Assembly (NCBI GenBank): GCA_049903315.1
Contig: JBNGBT010000004.1
Coordinates: 96,001-160,000 of the forward strand
Source of the DNA: Candidatus Cloacimonadota bacterium
GTDB lineage: Bacteria > Cloacimonadota > Cloacimonadia > JGIOTU-2
Direction: 5' to 3'
Length of the DNA: 64,000 nt
Position numbers and translations under genes: made by a program. The stretch's first letter is position 1. Each line of letters opens with the position of its first letter. Of the stretch, positions 1-8,733 are shown in pieces. Under the pieces are notes generated by a model. The model saw only the letters and a list, made by a program, of their open reading frames with translations. It ran no database searches and was not told the DNA's origin.

Positions 1-76
1 GGATAATTATTTGTCAAATATTTAAAATTGGGATACCTAACAAATGAAGTTATCTTATTCAAGAAATTACTTTATT

Positions 77-877
77 TTATTCAGCAAGGATTGAATAGAA
101 ATATTTTTTTGCTTTCATGATAGCGGTTTTAATATCATGACCCAGAGCAATGAATGCAGTTATCGCAGTTGAGATCAGGCAACCGGTACCGTGAATGCGT
201 GATAAATGTGCATTCGGATTGGGAAAAACATCTATGTCAGTTCCTTTAATAAGATAATCTGTGATAATGTTTTTATCTTTAAGATGACCACCTTTGGCGA
301 AGATATATGCATCATATTTTTTGGAAAGGAGTTTACTTGCTTTTATTAGTGCTGTTTCATTTGAGATAGTAATTTCACTCAATGATTCGAGTTCAGGAAC
401 ATTTGGAGTGATAATGTCAGCAACTTTAAGGAATTTATTCTTCATATACAGGTAATTTTCTTTCTCGAGAAAGGAGTATTCGTCACTTGCTTTCATAATA
501 GGATCGATCAGGATATTTTTTACTTCATGTTTTCTCAAATAATATGAAACGCATTCCATGATTTCTTTATTGAACACAAGTCCGATCTTCACAGAGGAAA
601 TAGAATAATTTTCGAGGACTGTTTTCAGTTGAATTGCGACTTGTTCTATGGATAATGCTTTGGAAAAAAATACTTTTTTATCTGTTTGGGCAGTAATTCC
701 GGTTACTACAGAAAGTCCACTTACTCCAAGATCATGAAACGTTCTGATGTCTCTTTGAATGCCGGCATTACCGGATGTATCACTCGCGGCAATTGTTAAA
801 CAATAGGGTTTGAAGGTTTGAAAGTTTGAAGGTTTAAAAGTAGGATTGGTGGGCAGTTTGGAGTTTTTTTTTATCAT
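77..877 (-). CDS. thiD: Hydroxymethylpyrimidine/phosphomethylpyrimidine kinase
   Basis: LTIAASDTSGNAGIQRD, SVKIG, IDPIM, ITPNVPE, KGGH and HGTGC motifs; last gene of thi operon; ~20-aa N-terminal extension partly encoded by the 8-mer repeat. Confidence 0.93.
   Translation of the reverse strand: MIKKNSKLPTNPTFKPSNFQTFKPYCLTIAASDTSGNAGIQRDIRTFHDLGVSGLSVVTGITAQTDKKVFFSKALSIEQVAIQLKTVLENYSISSVKIGLVFNKEIMECVSYYLRKHEVKNILIDPIMKASDEYSFLEKENYLYMKNKFLKVADIITPNVPELESLSEITISNETALIKASKLLSKKYDAYIFAKGGHLKDKNIITDYLIKGTDIDVFPNPNAHLSRIHGTGCLISTAITAFIALGHDIKTAIMKAKKYFYSILAE
808..841. repeat. Array of four 8-nt units (minus strand TT[C/T]AAAC[C/T]); one arm of an inverted repeat around the four-helix-bundle gene
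   Basis: gtttgaaggtttgaaagtttgaaggtttaaaagt is an imperfect reverse complement of 1263-1297. Confidence 0.85.
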
Positions 878-1239
878 AGTGATTTAAGATAATTGATGAG
901 AGATTAAATTTTGCCCGAGAGTGCTTTGCATATAGAATTATATGAGTCAAATTCTTCTTCGGGGATATAGCCAATTCTGTGAGAAATGTAAAGCTGAGAT
1001 CTGAGTTCGCCGCAAGAACCTTTTGAAAAGTATAAGAATCTGATAAACTCTTTTTTTGTCTTTCTCTCGAAACCTTCTGCAATATTGGATGATATTGAGA
1101 GTGAACTTCTTCTCATTTGGTCCTTCAACGCAAAATCGTATTTGAATTTATCAGAGTTTGTGATTTGATACATTTCAACTGCAAGTTCTACAGCTTCTTT
1201 CCAGGTATCAATTTCCTCAATACACTTAAAAGTACTCAT
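874..1239 (-). pseudogene. Four-helix bundle protein (23S rRNA-IVS protein-like, TIGR02436 type) with an in-frame TAA 10 codons before the apparent natural end
   Basis: DFALKDQMRRSSLSISSNIAEGFER...EFIRFL..SKGSCGELRSQL motif; ATG 1239 with AGGTGG RBS; TAA at 904-906 followed in frame by SLINYLKSL-TGA (874-876) overlapping the thiD ATG. Confidence 0.8.
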
Positions 1240-1262
1240 TTTTACCACCTTTCTTATATTTA

Positions 1263-1297
1263 ACTTTTCAAACATTTAAACATTTAAACTTTCAAAC
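1263..1297. repeat. Array of four 8-nt units (TT[C/T]AAAC[A/T]); other arm of the inverted repeat
   Basis: acttttcaaacatttaaacatttaaactttcaaac lies directly after the thiC stop codon. Confidence 0.85.
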
Positions 1298-1300
1298 TTT

Positions 1301-2569
1301 CTAACTCTTAAAGGTCTTTATCGCACATAATTTGCCACACATTGTGCACACATCTTCAGAGAAATCTTCACTTGCTTTGCGCCTTTTCTTCGCAAGGAGG
1401 GGATCAATTGAGATTTCGTATTGTCCTTCCCAATTAAACTCAGAACGATATTTTGAAATCTTATTATCTCTATCCATGCTTCCAGGTAAACCACAAGCAA
1501 TGTCAGCAGAATGGGCAGCTATTTTTGCGGCTATCACGCCTTCGCGCACATCATCTTTAGTAGGAAGGCAAAGATGCTCAGAAGGAGTAACATAACAGAG
1601 GAAATCTGCGCCGTAATAGGCTGCAAGAGTGCCACCTATCGCGCTGGTAATATGATCATACCCAGGAGCAATATCGGTTGTAATTGGTCCAAGTACATAG
1701 AAAGGTGCCCCATGGCAAAGTGATTTCTGCAAACGCACATTTGCTTCGATCTGATGAAGTGGTACATGCCCGGGACCTTCTATCATCGATTGCACATTTG
1801 CTTTCAATGCACGCTGCTGCAATTCCCCAAGAGTAATAAGTTCCTGAAACTGACCTGCATCGCTTGCATCAGCAAGGCATCCGGGTCTCAATCCGTCGCC
1901 AAGACTGAGAGTGACATCATACTTATAAGCGATTTCCAATAATCTGTCATAATATTCATAAAGTGGATTTTCTTTTTTGTGGATTTTCATCCATTTAAGA
2001 AGAAGAGAGCCACCCCTGCTTACCACACCGAGTACACGTGGTTGTTTTTTCATGGCATCAACTGCTTTTTCAGTAATACCGCAATGAACAGTGATATAAT
2101 CTACTCCTTCTTCGCACTGCTTTTCTATAGAATCAAAAAGCTGATCAACAGTCATTTCCGTGATATCATGATCTTTATCGAGAAGTTCTGCTGCAACTTG
2201 GTAGATAGGTACTGTGCCGACCATAATTGGAGATTGATCCAGGATTGCTTTGCGGATTGATGACAGATCTCCTCCTGTAGAGAGATCCATCACACTATCG
2301 GAGCCGTAGGCAACTGCTACTTTGAGCTTTTCCAGCTCCTCCTGCACATCAAAATGATCGGGAGAAGTCCCAATATTCGCATTTATCTTTGTACGGAGTT
2401 TATTCCCAATTCCTACAGGTTGAAATGTTCTTTTAATATTTTTGGGAATAACAATATGACCTGCAGCAATCTCATCCATAAGCCATTCTGCATCGCATTG
2501 TTCATTTTTGGCGACAAGTTGCATGTCCTCAGTAATAATTCCCTTTTTAGCCTGTTCTAATAATGTCAT
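1301..2569 (-). CDS. thiC: Phosphomethylpyrimidine synthase (short anaerobe/archaeal type)
   Basis: [46 protein letters not shown]-terminal CTMCGKLC Fe-S motif. Confidence 0.98.
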   Translation of the reverse strand: MTLLEQAKKGIITEDMQLVAKNEQCDAEWLMDEIAAGHIVIPKNIKRTFQPVGIGNKLRTKINANIGTSPDHFDVQEELEKLKVAVAYGSDSVMDLSTGGDLSSIRKAILDQSPIMVGTVPIYQVAAELLDKDHDITEMTVDQLFDSIEKQCEEGVDYITVHCGITEKAVDAMKKQPRVLGVVSRGGSLLLKWMKIHKKENPLYEYYDRLLEIAYKYDVTLSLGDGLRPGCLADASDAGQFQELITLGELQQRALKANVQSMIEGPGHVPLHQIEANVRLQKSLCHGAPFYVLGPITTDIAPGYDHITSAIGGTLAAYYGADFLCYVTPSEHLCLPTKDDVREGVIAAKIAAHSADIACGLPGSMDRDNKISKYRSEFNWEGQYEISIDPLLAKKRRKASEDFSEDVCTMCGKLCAIKTFKS

Positions 2570-2606
2570 TGTACCTTCTTATTGCAAATTTATAAAAACT
2601 TAATAT

Positions 2607-3410
2607 TTATAAAGAAAAGATTTTTTGCATCCAATCGCACACCTCATCCATTTTAAAGAGTTCATCGAAAAATTTCTGTTTGAATGCAAACGGAGTAAAC
2701 GTCTCTCGTGCAGCTTTTTCCGCTGCTATTTCGTATACTGAAAGGCCTGCAGCACAAGCTTTTCCATAATCCTTCTCAATGGCGCAGAAACAGCCGAGGA
2801 CAGATGCAGCCATACAGCCGGTACCAACGATCTGTCCCATTAGAGGATGTCCATTTTTGATAACATATACATCATCTTTCCACACAACAATATCCTCAGG
2901 AGCCGTGATGACGACCGCCGCTTTTTTGTCTTTTGCTAATTTATTGGCTACTTTCACGAGATCGAGCTGTGCGTCAACTGCTTCGACTCCTCGTGTAATA
3001 ACATCTTCGCCAGCGAGTTTTCCAATCTCAGAAGCATTTCCTTTGATAATATCTATGGAGCATTCGTCGAGGAGTTCAAACGCTTTTTTGTTCCGAAATG
3101 TGGTTGCTCCGACACCGACAGCATCGAGTACAACAGGAATTCCTTTTCCATTTGCTGCTTTAGCTGCGATCTTCATAGACTCGACTAATTCCGTGGTGAG
3201 TGTGCCTATGTTAAGAACCAGTGCGTTCGATAATCTTACCATATCAGCGACTTCTTCCGGAGCGTGTGCCATAATCGGTAAACCGCCTGTGAGTCGTACG
3301 ATGTTTGCACAATCCGCAATCGTTACCCAATTTGTGATATGATGAACTAGTGGATTCGTGTTCCTTATCTTTTGTAAAAGTTTAAAAAGCGGTAAATGGA
3401 GTTCTTTCAT
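2607..3410 (-). CDS. thiM: Hydroxyethylthiazole kinase
   Basis: PLVHHITNWV, ALVLNIGTL, LDAVGVGAT, IKGNASEI, VGTGC; ATG 3410 preceded by GAGGTG. Confidence 0.96.
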   Translation of the reverse strand: MKELHLPLFKLLQKIRNTNPLVHHITNWVTIADCANIVRLTGGLPIMAHAPEEVADMVRLSNALVLNIGTLTTELVESMKIAAKAANGKGIPVVLDAVGVGATTFRNKKAFELLDECSIDIIKGNASEIGKLAGEDVITRGVEAVDAQLDLVKVANKLAKDKKAAVVITAPEDIVVWKDDVYVIKNGHPLMGQIVGTGCMAASVLGCFCAIEKDYGKACAAGLSVYEIAAEKAARETFTPFAFKQKFFDELFKMDEVCDWMQKIFSL

Positions 3411-3417
3411 GGTCACC

Positions 3418-4053
3418 TCATTTCTCGTAATATTTCTCTATAAGATACTGTATCTTTTGTATTTCTTTTTCGGGATCACGAGCGGTCAGTATGGCTGAAA
3501 TAATTGCAACACCATGTGCCCCTGTTCCTAGAACACTCTCTAAATTATCCGCACTGATACCTCCAATGGCAACAATTGGGATTGAGGTATTGTCCACGAT
3601 TTCTTTAAGGTTGGTCAGTCCGATAGGAGGTGGGGTATCTGGTTTGGTTTGAGTAACAAATATAGGACCTACCCCGAGGTAATCTGCACCGAGTTTTTCA
3701 GCTTCAATAGATTCTTGCAGCGTCATTGTACTTACACCAATGATTTTATCTGGCATGTGCTTTTTCACTTCGAGATAGTTTTCATCATTCTGTCCTACAT
3801 GTATTCCATCTGCATGAGAGAAAAGAGCGACCTCAGGAATGTCATTAACAATGAAGCAAGTGGAGCTTTGTGATGTGAGTTTTTGCATTCTATGAGCAAT
3901 CTCTTTCATACTTTCCAGCGAAGCATCTTTATCGCGATATTGTATGATTGACACATTGTTCCGAATAGCCATTCGAGTGTATTTTTCAAACTCTCTTGTG
4001 TACATTCCATCAATGATGAAATAAAGTCCCATCTTTTTTGACAACGTTTTCAT
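3418..4053 (-). CDS. thiE: Thiamine-phosphate synthase
   Basis: IQYRDK, FIVND, ADGIHVGQND, ADYLGVGPIF.TQTK, PIVAIGGI. Confidence 0.96.
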   Translation of the reverse strand: MKTLSKKMGLYFIIDGMYTREFEKYTRMAIRNNVSIIQYRDKDASLESMKEIAHRMQKLTSQSSTCFIVNDIPEVALFSHADGIHVGQNDENYLEVKKHMPDKIIGVSTMTLQESIEAEKLGADYLGVGPIFVTQTKPDTPPPIGLTNLKEIVDNTSIPIVAIGGISADNLESVLGTGAHGVAIISAILTARDPEKEIQKIQYLIEKYYEK

Positions 4054-4068
4054 GCAATCCTTTCAAAT

Positions 4069-4099
4069 AAAAAAAACCGGTTCATCAACGATGCCCGGT
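4069..4099 (-). terminator. Intrinsic terminator, expression platform of the TPP riboswitch
   Basis: Minus strand ACCGG-GCATCGTTGATG-AACCGG followed by T8, between the aptamer and thiE. Confidence 0.8.
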
Positions 4100-4100
4100 G

Positions 4101-4178
4101 ACCTTTTCCTACGCCAGCATTATCTGGATCAGGTTCGAGGGTATGTTCTCAGCCCACAAGAGCACCCCTGATGAGAGG
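4101..4178 (-). ncRNA. TPP (THI-box) riboswitch
   Basis: Minus strand AGGGGTGC...GCTGAGA..ATACCCTCGAACCTGATCCAGATAATGCTGGCGTAGGAA matches the TPP aptamer consensus; upstream of the thi operon. Confidence 0.96.
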
Positions 4179-4217
4179 ATAATTTTTTGTTATCCTGTTA
4201 TTATGTCAAATTTATAT

Positions 4218-5399
4218 TTAGAGATAGATCTTTATGAGTTCTTTCACAAGAGACGGTTTATTTCTCACGGCAGTTTTAAAAAGTTGAAAGAGAGTGAGTT
4301 TTTCCTGGGGGATATCATGTAGAAGACCAACAATTTCGTTCAGTTCATCATCAGAGAAATCGAAGAAAACTTGTTTTAACTTGTAATGAACTTTTTGATG
4401 ATTTCCTTTCTCTTTCATCCATTGTCTATGATATTTTTTTAGGAATTTATTTGAGAAATCATCCTTTTTTACTGCTTCTGAAGCGACAGATCCCGCAATA
4501 CTTCCAGCGACAAGAATATTACTTAAGCCGCCACCTGTCACAGGATTCACCTGACGTGCGGCATCACCGACAAGCATCAGGTTATCTTTTGTAATTTCTG
4601 TAAGTGTGTTTGCTGTTGGAACAGCTCCTGCGATAAAAGCAAGGGATCTACTTTTTGGAAAATTTTTCTCGATAAATCCGTCCAGATACTGCAAAGCATT
4701 TTTACCATTGCTTCTGTCCGGTCTAATACCTATACCGACATTTGCAAGGTTTCTTCCCTTAGGAAAAGCCCATACGTAGCCCCCGGGAGCTATTTGATTT
4801 CCAAAATAAAAATGTGTAAGTTCTTCTTCTAAGTCAATATCAGTAAGTAGGTATTGAGCGCCCGGTTCGATATCTTCAAGTTTTAGAGTTGTATTAATTC
4901 CAGCTAATTTACCAATCCTGGATTCCGGACCGTCTGCAGCAATGACAATGTTGGCTTTCACCTGTTTTTCTTCACTAAGATAAGTGAATTTAACTCCTGA
5001 GAGTTTGTCGCCATCAAATAGTAGGTCATGCACATTGGCTTTTGTGAGAATATCTGCTCCATTTTTTACAGCTTGTTCACAAATGAATGCGTCAAACAGA
5101 CGGCGTTCGAGTATATAACCGTCGCCGACAGCTCCGGCATTCATGATACAGGACTGCCCATTTGGCGCATAGAGTTTCGCGCCATCGATCTTTTGCGCTA
5201 CCCAGCGATCATCAGGCTGGAAGAACTTCTCAAGACCTCTTGCAGAGATACCCTCAGCGCAACGAACGGGAATACCAACCTCTCTATCTCTCTCAAGAAT
5301 GAGTACCGAAGCACCATTCTTTGCAGCAAAGAGAGCAGTCATGCTTCCTGCTGGACCGCTGCCTACTACGACGATATCATAAAAGGATTTAAGTTTCAT
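4218..5399 (-). CDS. Geranylgeranyl reductase family FAD oxidoreductase, digeranylgeranylglycerophospholipid reductase-like
   Basis: GSGPAG, GIPVRCAEG, IAADG, APGGYVWAFPKG (PxxYxWxFP), ANVGIG, VGDAARQVNPVTGGG. Confidence 0.88.
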   Translation of the reverse strand: MKLKSFYDIVVVGSGPAGSMTALFAAKNGASVLILERDREVGIPVRCAEGISARGLEKFFQPDDRWVAQKIDGAKLYAPNGQSCIMNAGAVGDGYILERRLFDAFICEQAVKNGADILTKANVHDLLFDGDKLSGVKFTYLSEEKQVKANIVIAADGPESRIGKLAGINTTLKLEDIEPGAQYLLTDIDLEEELTHFYFGNQIAPGGYVWAFPKGRNLANVGIGIRPDRSNGKNALQYLDGFIEKNFPKSRSLAFIAGAVPTANTLTEITKDNLMLVGDAARQVNPVTGGGLSNILVAGSIAGSVASEAVKKDDFSNKFLKKYHRQWMKEKGNHQKVHYKLKQVFFDFSDDELNEIVGLLHDIPQEKLTLFQLFKTAVRNKPSLVKELIKIYL

Positions 5400-5574
5400 C
5401 ATCCACCTCTTCAATAGCAGAGATGGGACAAACTACAAAACAGTTTGCACATCCAATGCACTTTTCAGGAAGAATTGTCGCCTTCTGTTCACTTATTATA
5501 ATTGCATCCTGCGGACATACAGAAGCGCATGATGCACAGACATCACACAATAAATCAATAACTCTATATTTCAT
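5389..5574 (-). CDS. 2[4Fe-4S] ferredoxin
   Basis: Two CxxCxxCxxxCP motifs in 61 aa; overlaps the reductase start. Confidence 0.93.
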   Translation of the reverse strand: MKYRVIDLLCDVCASCASVCPQDAIIISEQKATILPEKCIGCANCFVVCPISAIEEVDDET

Positions 5575-5577
5575 AAT

Positions 5578-7026
5578 TTACACATCAAAAGTATATTTGA
5601 TATTAAGATTTTTAATAGCATTAGTTTCGTCAAGTCTTGTGACCGGAGTATTTTGCGGAGCATCTTTGAGAAGTTGTGAATTTTCTTCTGCTTCCTTTGC
5701 AATCTTAAGCATTATTTCTGCAAACTCGTCGAGTGTTTCCTTACTTTCTGTTTCAGTTGGTTCGATCATAAGGGCTTCATGCACGATGAGTGGGAAGTAG
5801 ATTGTTGGAGCATGATAACCATAATCAAGAAGACGTTTTGCAATATCGAGTGTCCTGACACCATATTCTTTAAATTTTTCTCCACAGGCGACAAATTCAT
5901 GCATAATATTTTTCTGATAGGGGACTGGATATTCAGAGAGTAATTTTGCCATTAAGTAATTGGAATTTATCACTGCATTTTCTGCAACGCGCTTCAATCC
6001 CTTATCTCCAAGCATTTTCAGATAAATGTATGCGCGAAGCATCACAAGGAAATTGCCAAAATAAGAGTGAACTTTGCCTATGGAGTGTTTCAGATCGTAA
6101 TCAAGATAATATATATCACCTTTTTTTCTTATAATAGGAATAGGTAAGTATTCTACTAATTTTTTACTCACCCCAATACCACCTGCACCGGGACCACCTC
6201 CGCCATGTGGTGTTGAAAAGGTTTTATGCAGGTTGAAATGTACAATGTCGAACCCCATATCTCCGGGACGAATGAATCCAAGCATTGCATTAAGATTGGC
6301 ACCATCCATATACATGAGACCATCAACTGAATGAATGAGGTCTGCAATTTCTTGTACATTGGTTTCAAACACCCCAAGAGTGTTTGGGTTCGTGAGCATG
6401 AAACCAGCCACTTCATCACTAAGCACTTCTTTCAAAGCTTCAATATCGACCTTGCCGTCTTCATTAGATTTGATCTCGACCACTTCCATGCCATGTAAGG
6501 CAGAAGTTGCAGGATTTGTTCCATGAGAGGAGTCCGGCATGATGATCTTCGTGCGATGCTGCCCTTTGTTCTTGTGATAATTGTAAATGATGTTTACACC
6601 AGTAAATTCTCCATGTGCGCCTGCGACCGGTTGAAGAGACACTGCTGGCATTCCTGATATCTCTGCAAGATCCCGCTGAAGCTCATACATAACCTGCAGC
6701 GCACCCTGAATTGTATCTTCCGGTTGCATGGGGTGAATGTCTGTAAAACCACTTATAACATTTACGATGTCGTTTATTTTTGGATTATATTTCATGGTGC
6801 ATGAACCAAGCGGATAGAATCCTTTCTCGATGAAATGATTCTTGTCCGAGAGCTCTATATAGTGACGGACAGTATCCAGTTCGCTGACTTCAGGAACGCG
6901 CGGAGCATCTGCCCGGAGAAGATTTGTTGGAAATATTTCACTCACTTTATTGTTGATTTCGCACGAAGGAAGTGTGTATCCTTTTCGATCTTTTATACTT
7001 TTTTCAAATATTGTTTTTGTTGCCAT
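5578..7026 (-). CDS. gcvPB: Glycine dehydrogenase (decarboxylating) subunit 2
   Basis: GFYPLGSCTMKYNP, AGAHGEFTG, HGTNPAT, MDGANLNA, NLHKTFSTPHGGGGPG. Confidence 0.98.
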   Translation of the reverse strand: MATKTIFEKSIKDRKGYTLPSCEINNKVSEIFPTNLLRADAPRVPEVSELDTVRHYIELSDKNHFIEKGFYPLGSCTMKYNPKINDIVNVISGFTDIHPMQPEDTIQGALQVMYELQRDLAEISGMPAVSLQPVAGAHGEFTGVNIIYNYHKNKGQHRTKIIMPDSSHGTNPATSALHGMEVVEIKSNEDGKVDIEALKEVLSDEVAGFMLTNPNTLGVFETNVQEIADLIHSVDGLMYMDGANLNAMLGFIRPGDMGFDIVHFNLHKTFSTPHGGGGPGAGGIGVSKKLVEYLPIPIIRKKGDIYYLDYDLKHSIGKVHSYFGNFLVMLRAYIYLKMLGDKGLKRVAENAVINSNYLMAKLLSEYPVPYQKNIMHEFVACGEKFKEYGVRTLDIAKRLLDYGYHAPTIYFPLIVHEALMIEPTETESKETLDEFAEIMLKIAKEAEENSQLLKDAPQNTPVTRLDETNAIKNLNIKYTFDV

Positions 7027-7027
7027 G

Positions 7028-8374
7028 TTACACCGCCTTCACTAATTTTTCAAGTTCATCGACAAAAGCATCAAGCTCCTGCTTTGTCCGTTTCTCGGTA
7101 ACTGCGAGTAACAATTGATTCTCATAGCCATATTGAGAGATATCAACGCCTGCAAAATATCCCTTATGCTTCATATTAGAAATTATTTCTGATGGCGGGA
7201 TTGGTGTCTTTACAGCAAATTCTTTGAAAAATGGTGATGTATTTGCAGATTTGAATCCATCTATCTTGCAGATCTTATCGTGCAGATAATGAGCTTTGAT
7301 AGTTGATTGCTCTGCCACTTCACGCAGTCCCTGCTTACCCATCAGTACCATATATATAGTTGCTGCGAGCGCACAGAGTGATTCATTTGTGCAGATATTA
7401 GAGGTGGCTTTATCCCTTCTGATGTGTTGTTCGCGTGCCTGTAATGTCAGCACATAGCCCTTTTGTCCATTTGTATCAACTGTCGCTCCAACAATCCTTC
7501 CAGGCATTTTCCTTATAAGTTTTTGATTTACTGCGAAAAATCCGAAAAGCGGTCCTCCAAGATTCTGTTTGCTTCCAAGAACCTGTCCTTCACCCACAAC
7601 AATATCAACACTATATTTCCCCGGTGGATTGAAAAGCATCAAGGATATCGGATCAGTGGAAACGATGAAAAGTGCCTTCTTATGTTCATGAATAATTGGC
7701 TCGAGGGCTTCAAGGTCTTCAACCACACCTAAAAAATTCGGTGAAGGAATAAGTACCGCAGATACATCTTCGGACATCTCTTCCTGAAGTTTCTTCATAT
7801 CGATTCTGCCATTATTCTGTGGGATGTAAACGATCTCAGGGTTAAGAGGATTAATATATGTTTCTATAACCTGCTTATAATGAGGGTGTACTAAGCTTGA
7901 GATGATAATTTTTTTATTTTTATTATGACGAAGTGCAAGTAAGAGTGCTTCTGCACAGGCAGTTGCGCCGTCATACATCGATGCATTGGACGCATCCATG
8001 CCTGTCAATTCGCAGATCAAAGTCTGGTATTCATAGATGAATTGTAATGTTCCCTGGCTGACTTCTGCCTGGTACGGAGTATAAGCGGAATAAAACTCAG
8101 GACGACCTGTAACATACCCAACAGCAGCAGGAATGAAATGATCATAAATGCCTGCACCGAGGAATGATACAGCCTCTGAAGTGTTTATATTCTGTGCTGC
8201 CAGTTCGCGAACTTTTTTTGTGATTTCAAATTCAGAAAGCGGTTCATCAAGCTTAAGAGGATTTCTGATCAAAAGTTCTTCTGGAATACCCTTCAGCAAT
8301 TCTTCAAAAGAAGCGACACCGATTTTCTCAAGCATCTGTCTTCGTTGTTCATCAGTATTGGAAATAAATGGCAT
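7028..8374 (-). CDS. gcvPA: Glycine dehydrogenase (decarboxylating) subunit 1
   Basis: FLGAGIYDH, YTPYQAEVSQG, NASMYDGATA, REQHIRRDKATSNICTN. Confidence 0.98.
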   Translation of the reverse strand: MPFISNTDEQRRQMLEKIGVASFEELLKGIPEELLIRNPLKLDEPLSEFEITKKVRELAAQNINTSEAVSFLGAGIYDHFIPAAVGYVTGRPEFYSAYTPYQAEVSQGTLQFIYEYQTLICELTGMDASNASMYDGATACAEALLLALRHNKNKKIIISSLVHPHYKQVIETYINPLNPEIVYIPQNNGRIDMKKLQEEMSEDVSAVLIPSPNFLGVVEDLEALEPIIHEHKKALFIVSTDPISLMLFNPPGKYSVDIVVGEGQVLGSKQNLGGPLFGFFAVNQKLIRKMPGRIVGATVDTNGQKGYVLTLQAREQHIRRDKATSNICTNESLCALAATIYMVLMGKQGLREVAEQSTIKAHYLHDKICKIDGFKSANTSPFFKEFAVKTPIPPSEIISNMKHKGYFAGVDISQYGYENQLLLAVTEKRTKQELDAFVDELEKLVKAV

Positions 8375-8733
8375 GAATACTCCTTGTATAAATAAACAAT
8401 ATCAAAATTATTTGAATTTGTGAAAATTTTAACAGTGAAGACCGAGTGTCAAATTTTATTCGATTATCCTGTATCGTGACAAATTCTCATTGAGATGAAA
8501 ATGCTAATTGAAAAATAATTTACTACTTGAAACTGAATTTTATCTGGATTATTTTGTCATTAATATAGATTTGATAAATATGCAAAAAAAAACGATGTGA
8601 AATTTATCATAAAGTAATTGAATTTGGTATAAAAAAATTGTGTAGTACACACTACCCAAAATAATTTTGTGGACAAGTGAATGCACAAAATAAATATGTA
8701 GCCCTGCTTCTAATAAAATAGTGGAGAAAAAGA

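Noticed and set aside
2779..3342. Long antisense or alternate-frame ORFs (e.g. 2779-3342, 20426-20971, 47397-47882)
   Set aside because: They overlap well-supported genes on the opposite strand and show no recognisable motifs.
8375..8733. AT-rich intergenic region as oriC or glycine riboswitch
   Set aside because: Only one imperfect DnaA-box-like TGTGGACAA and no riboswitch consensus; explained as divergent promoters.
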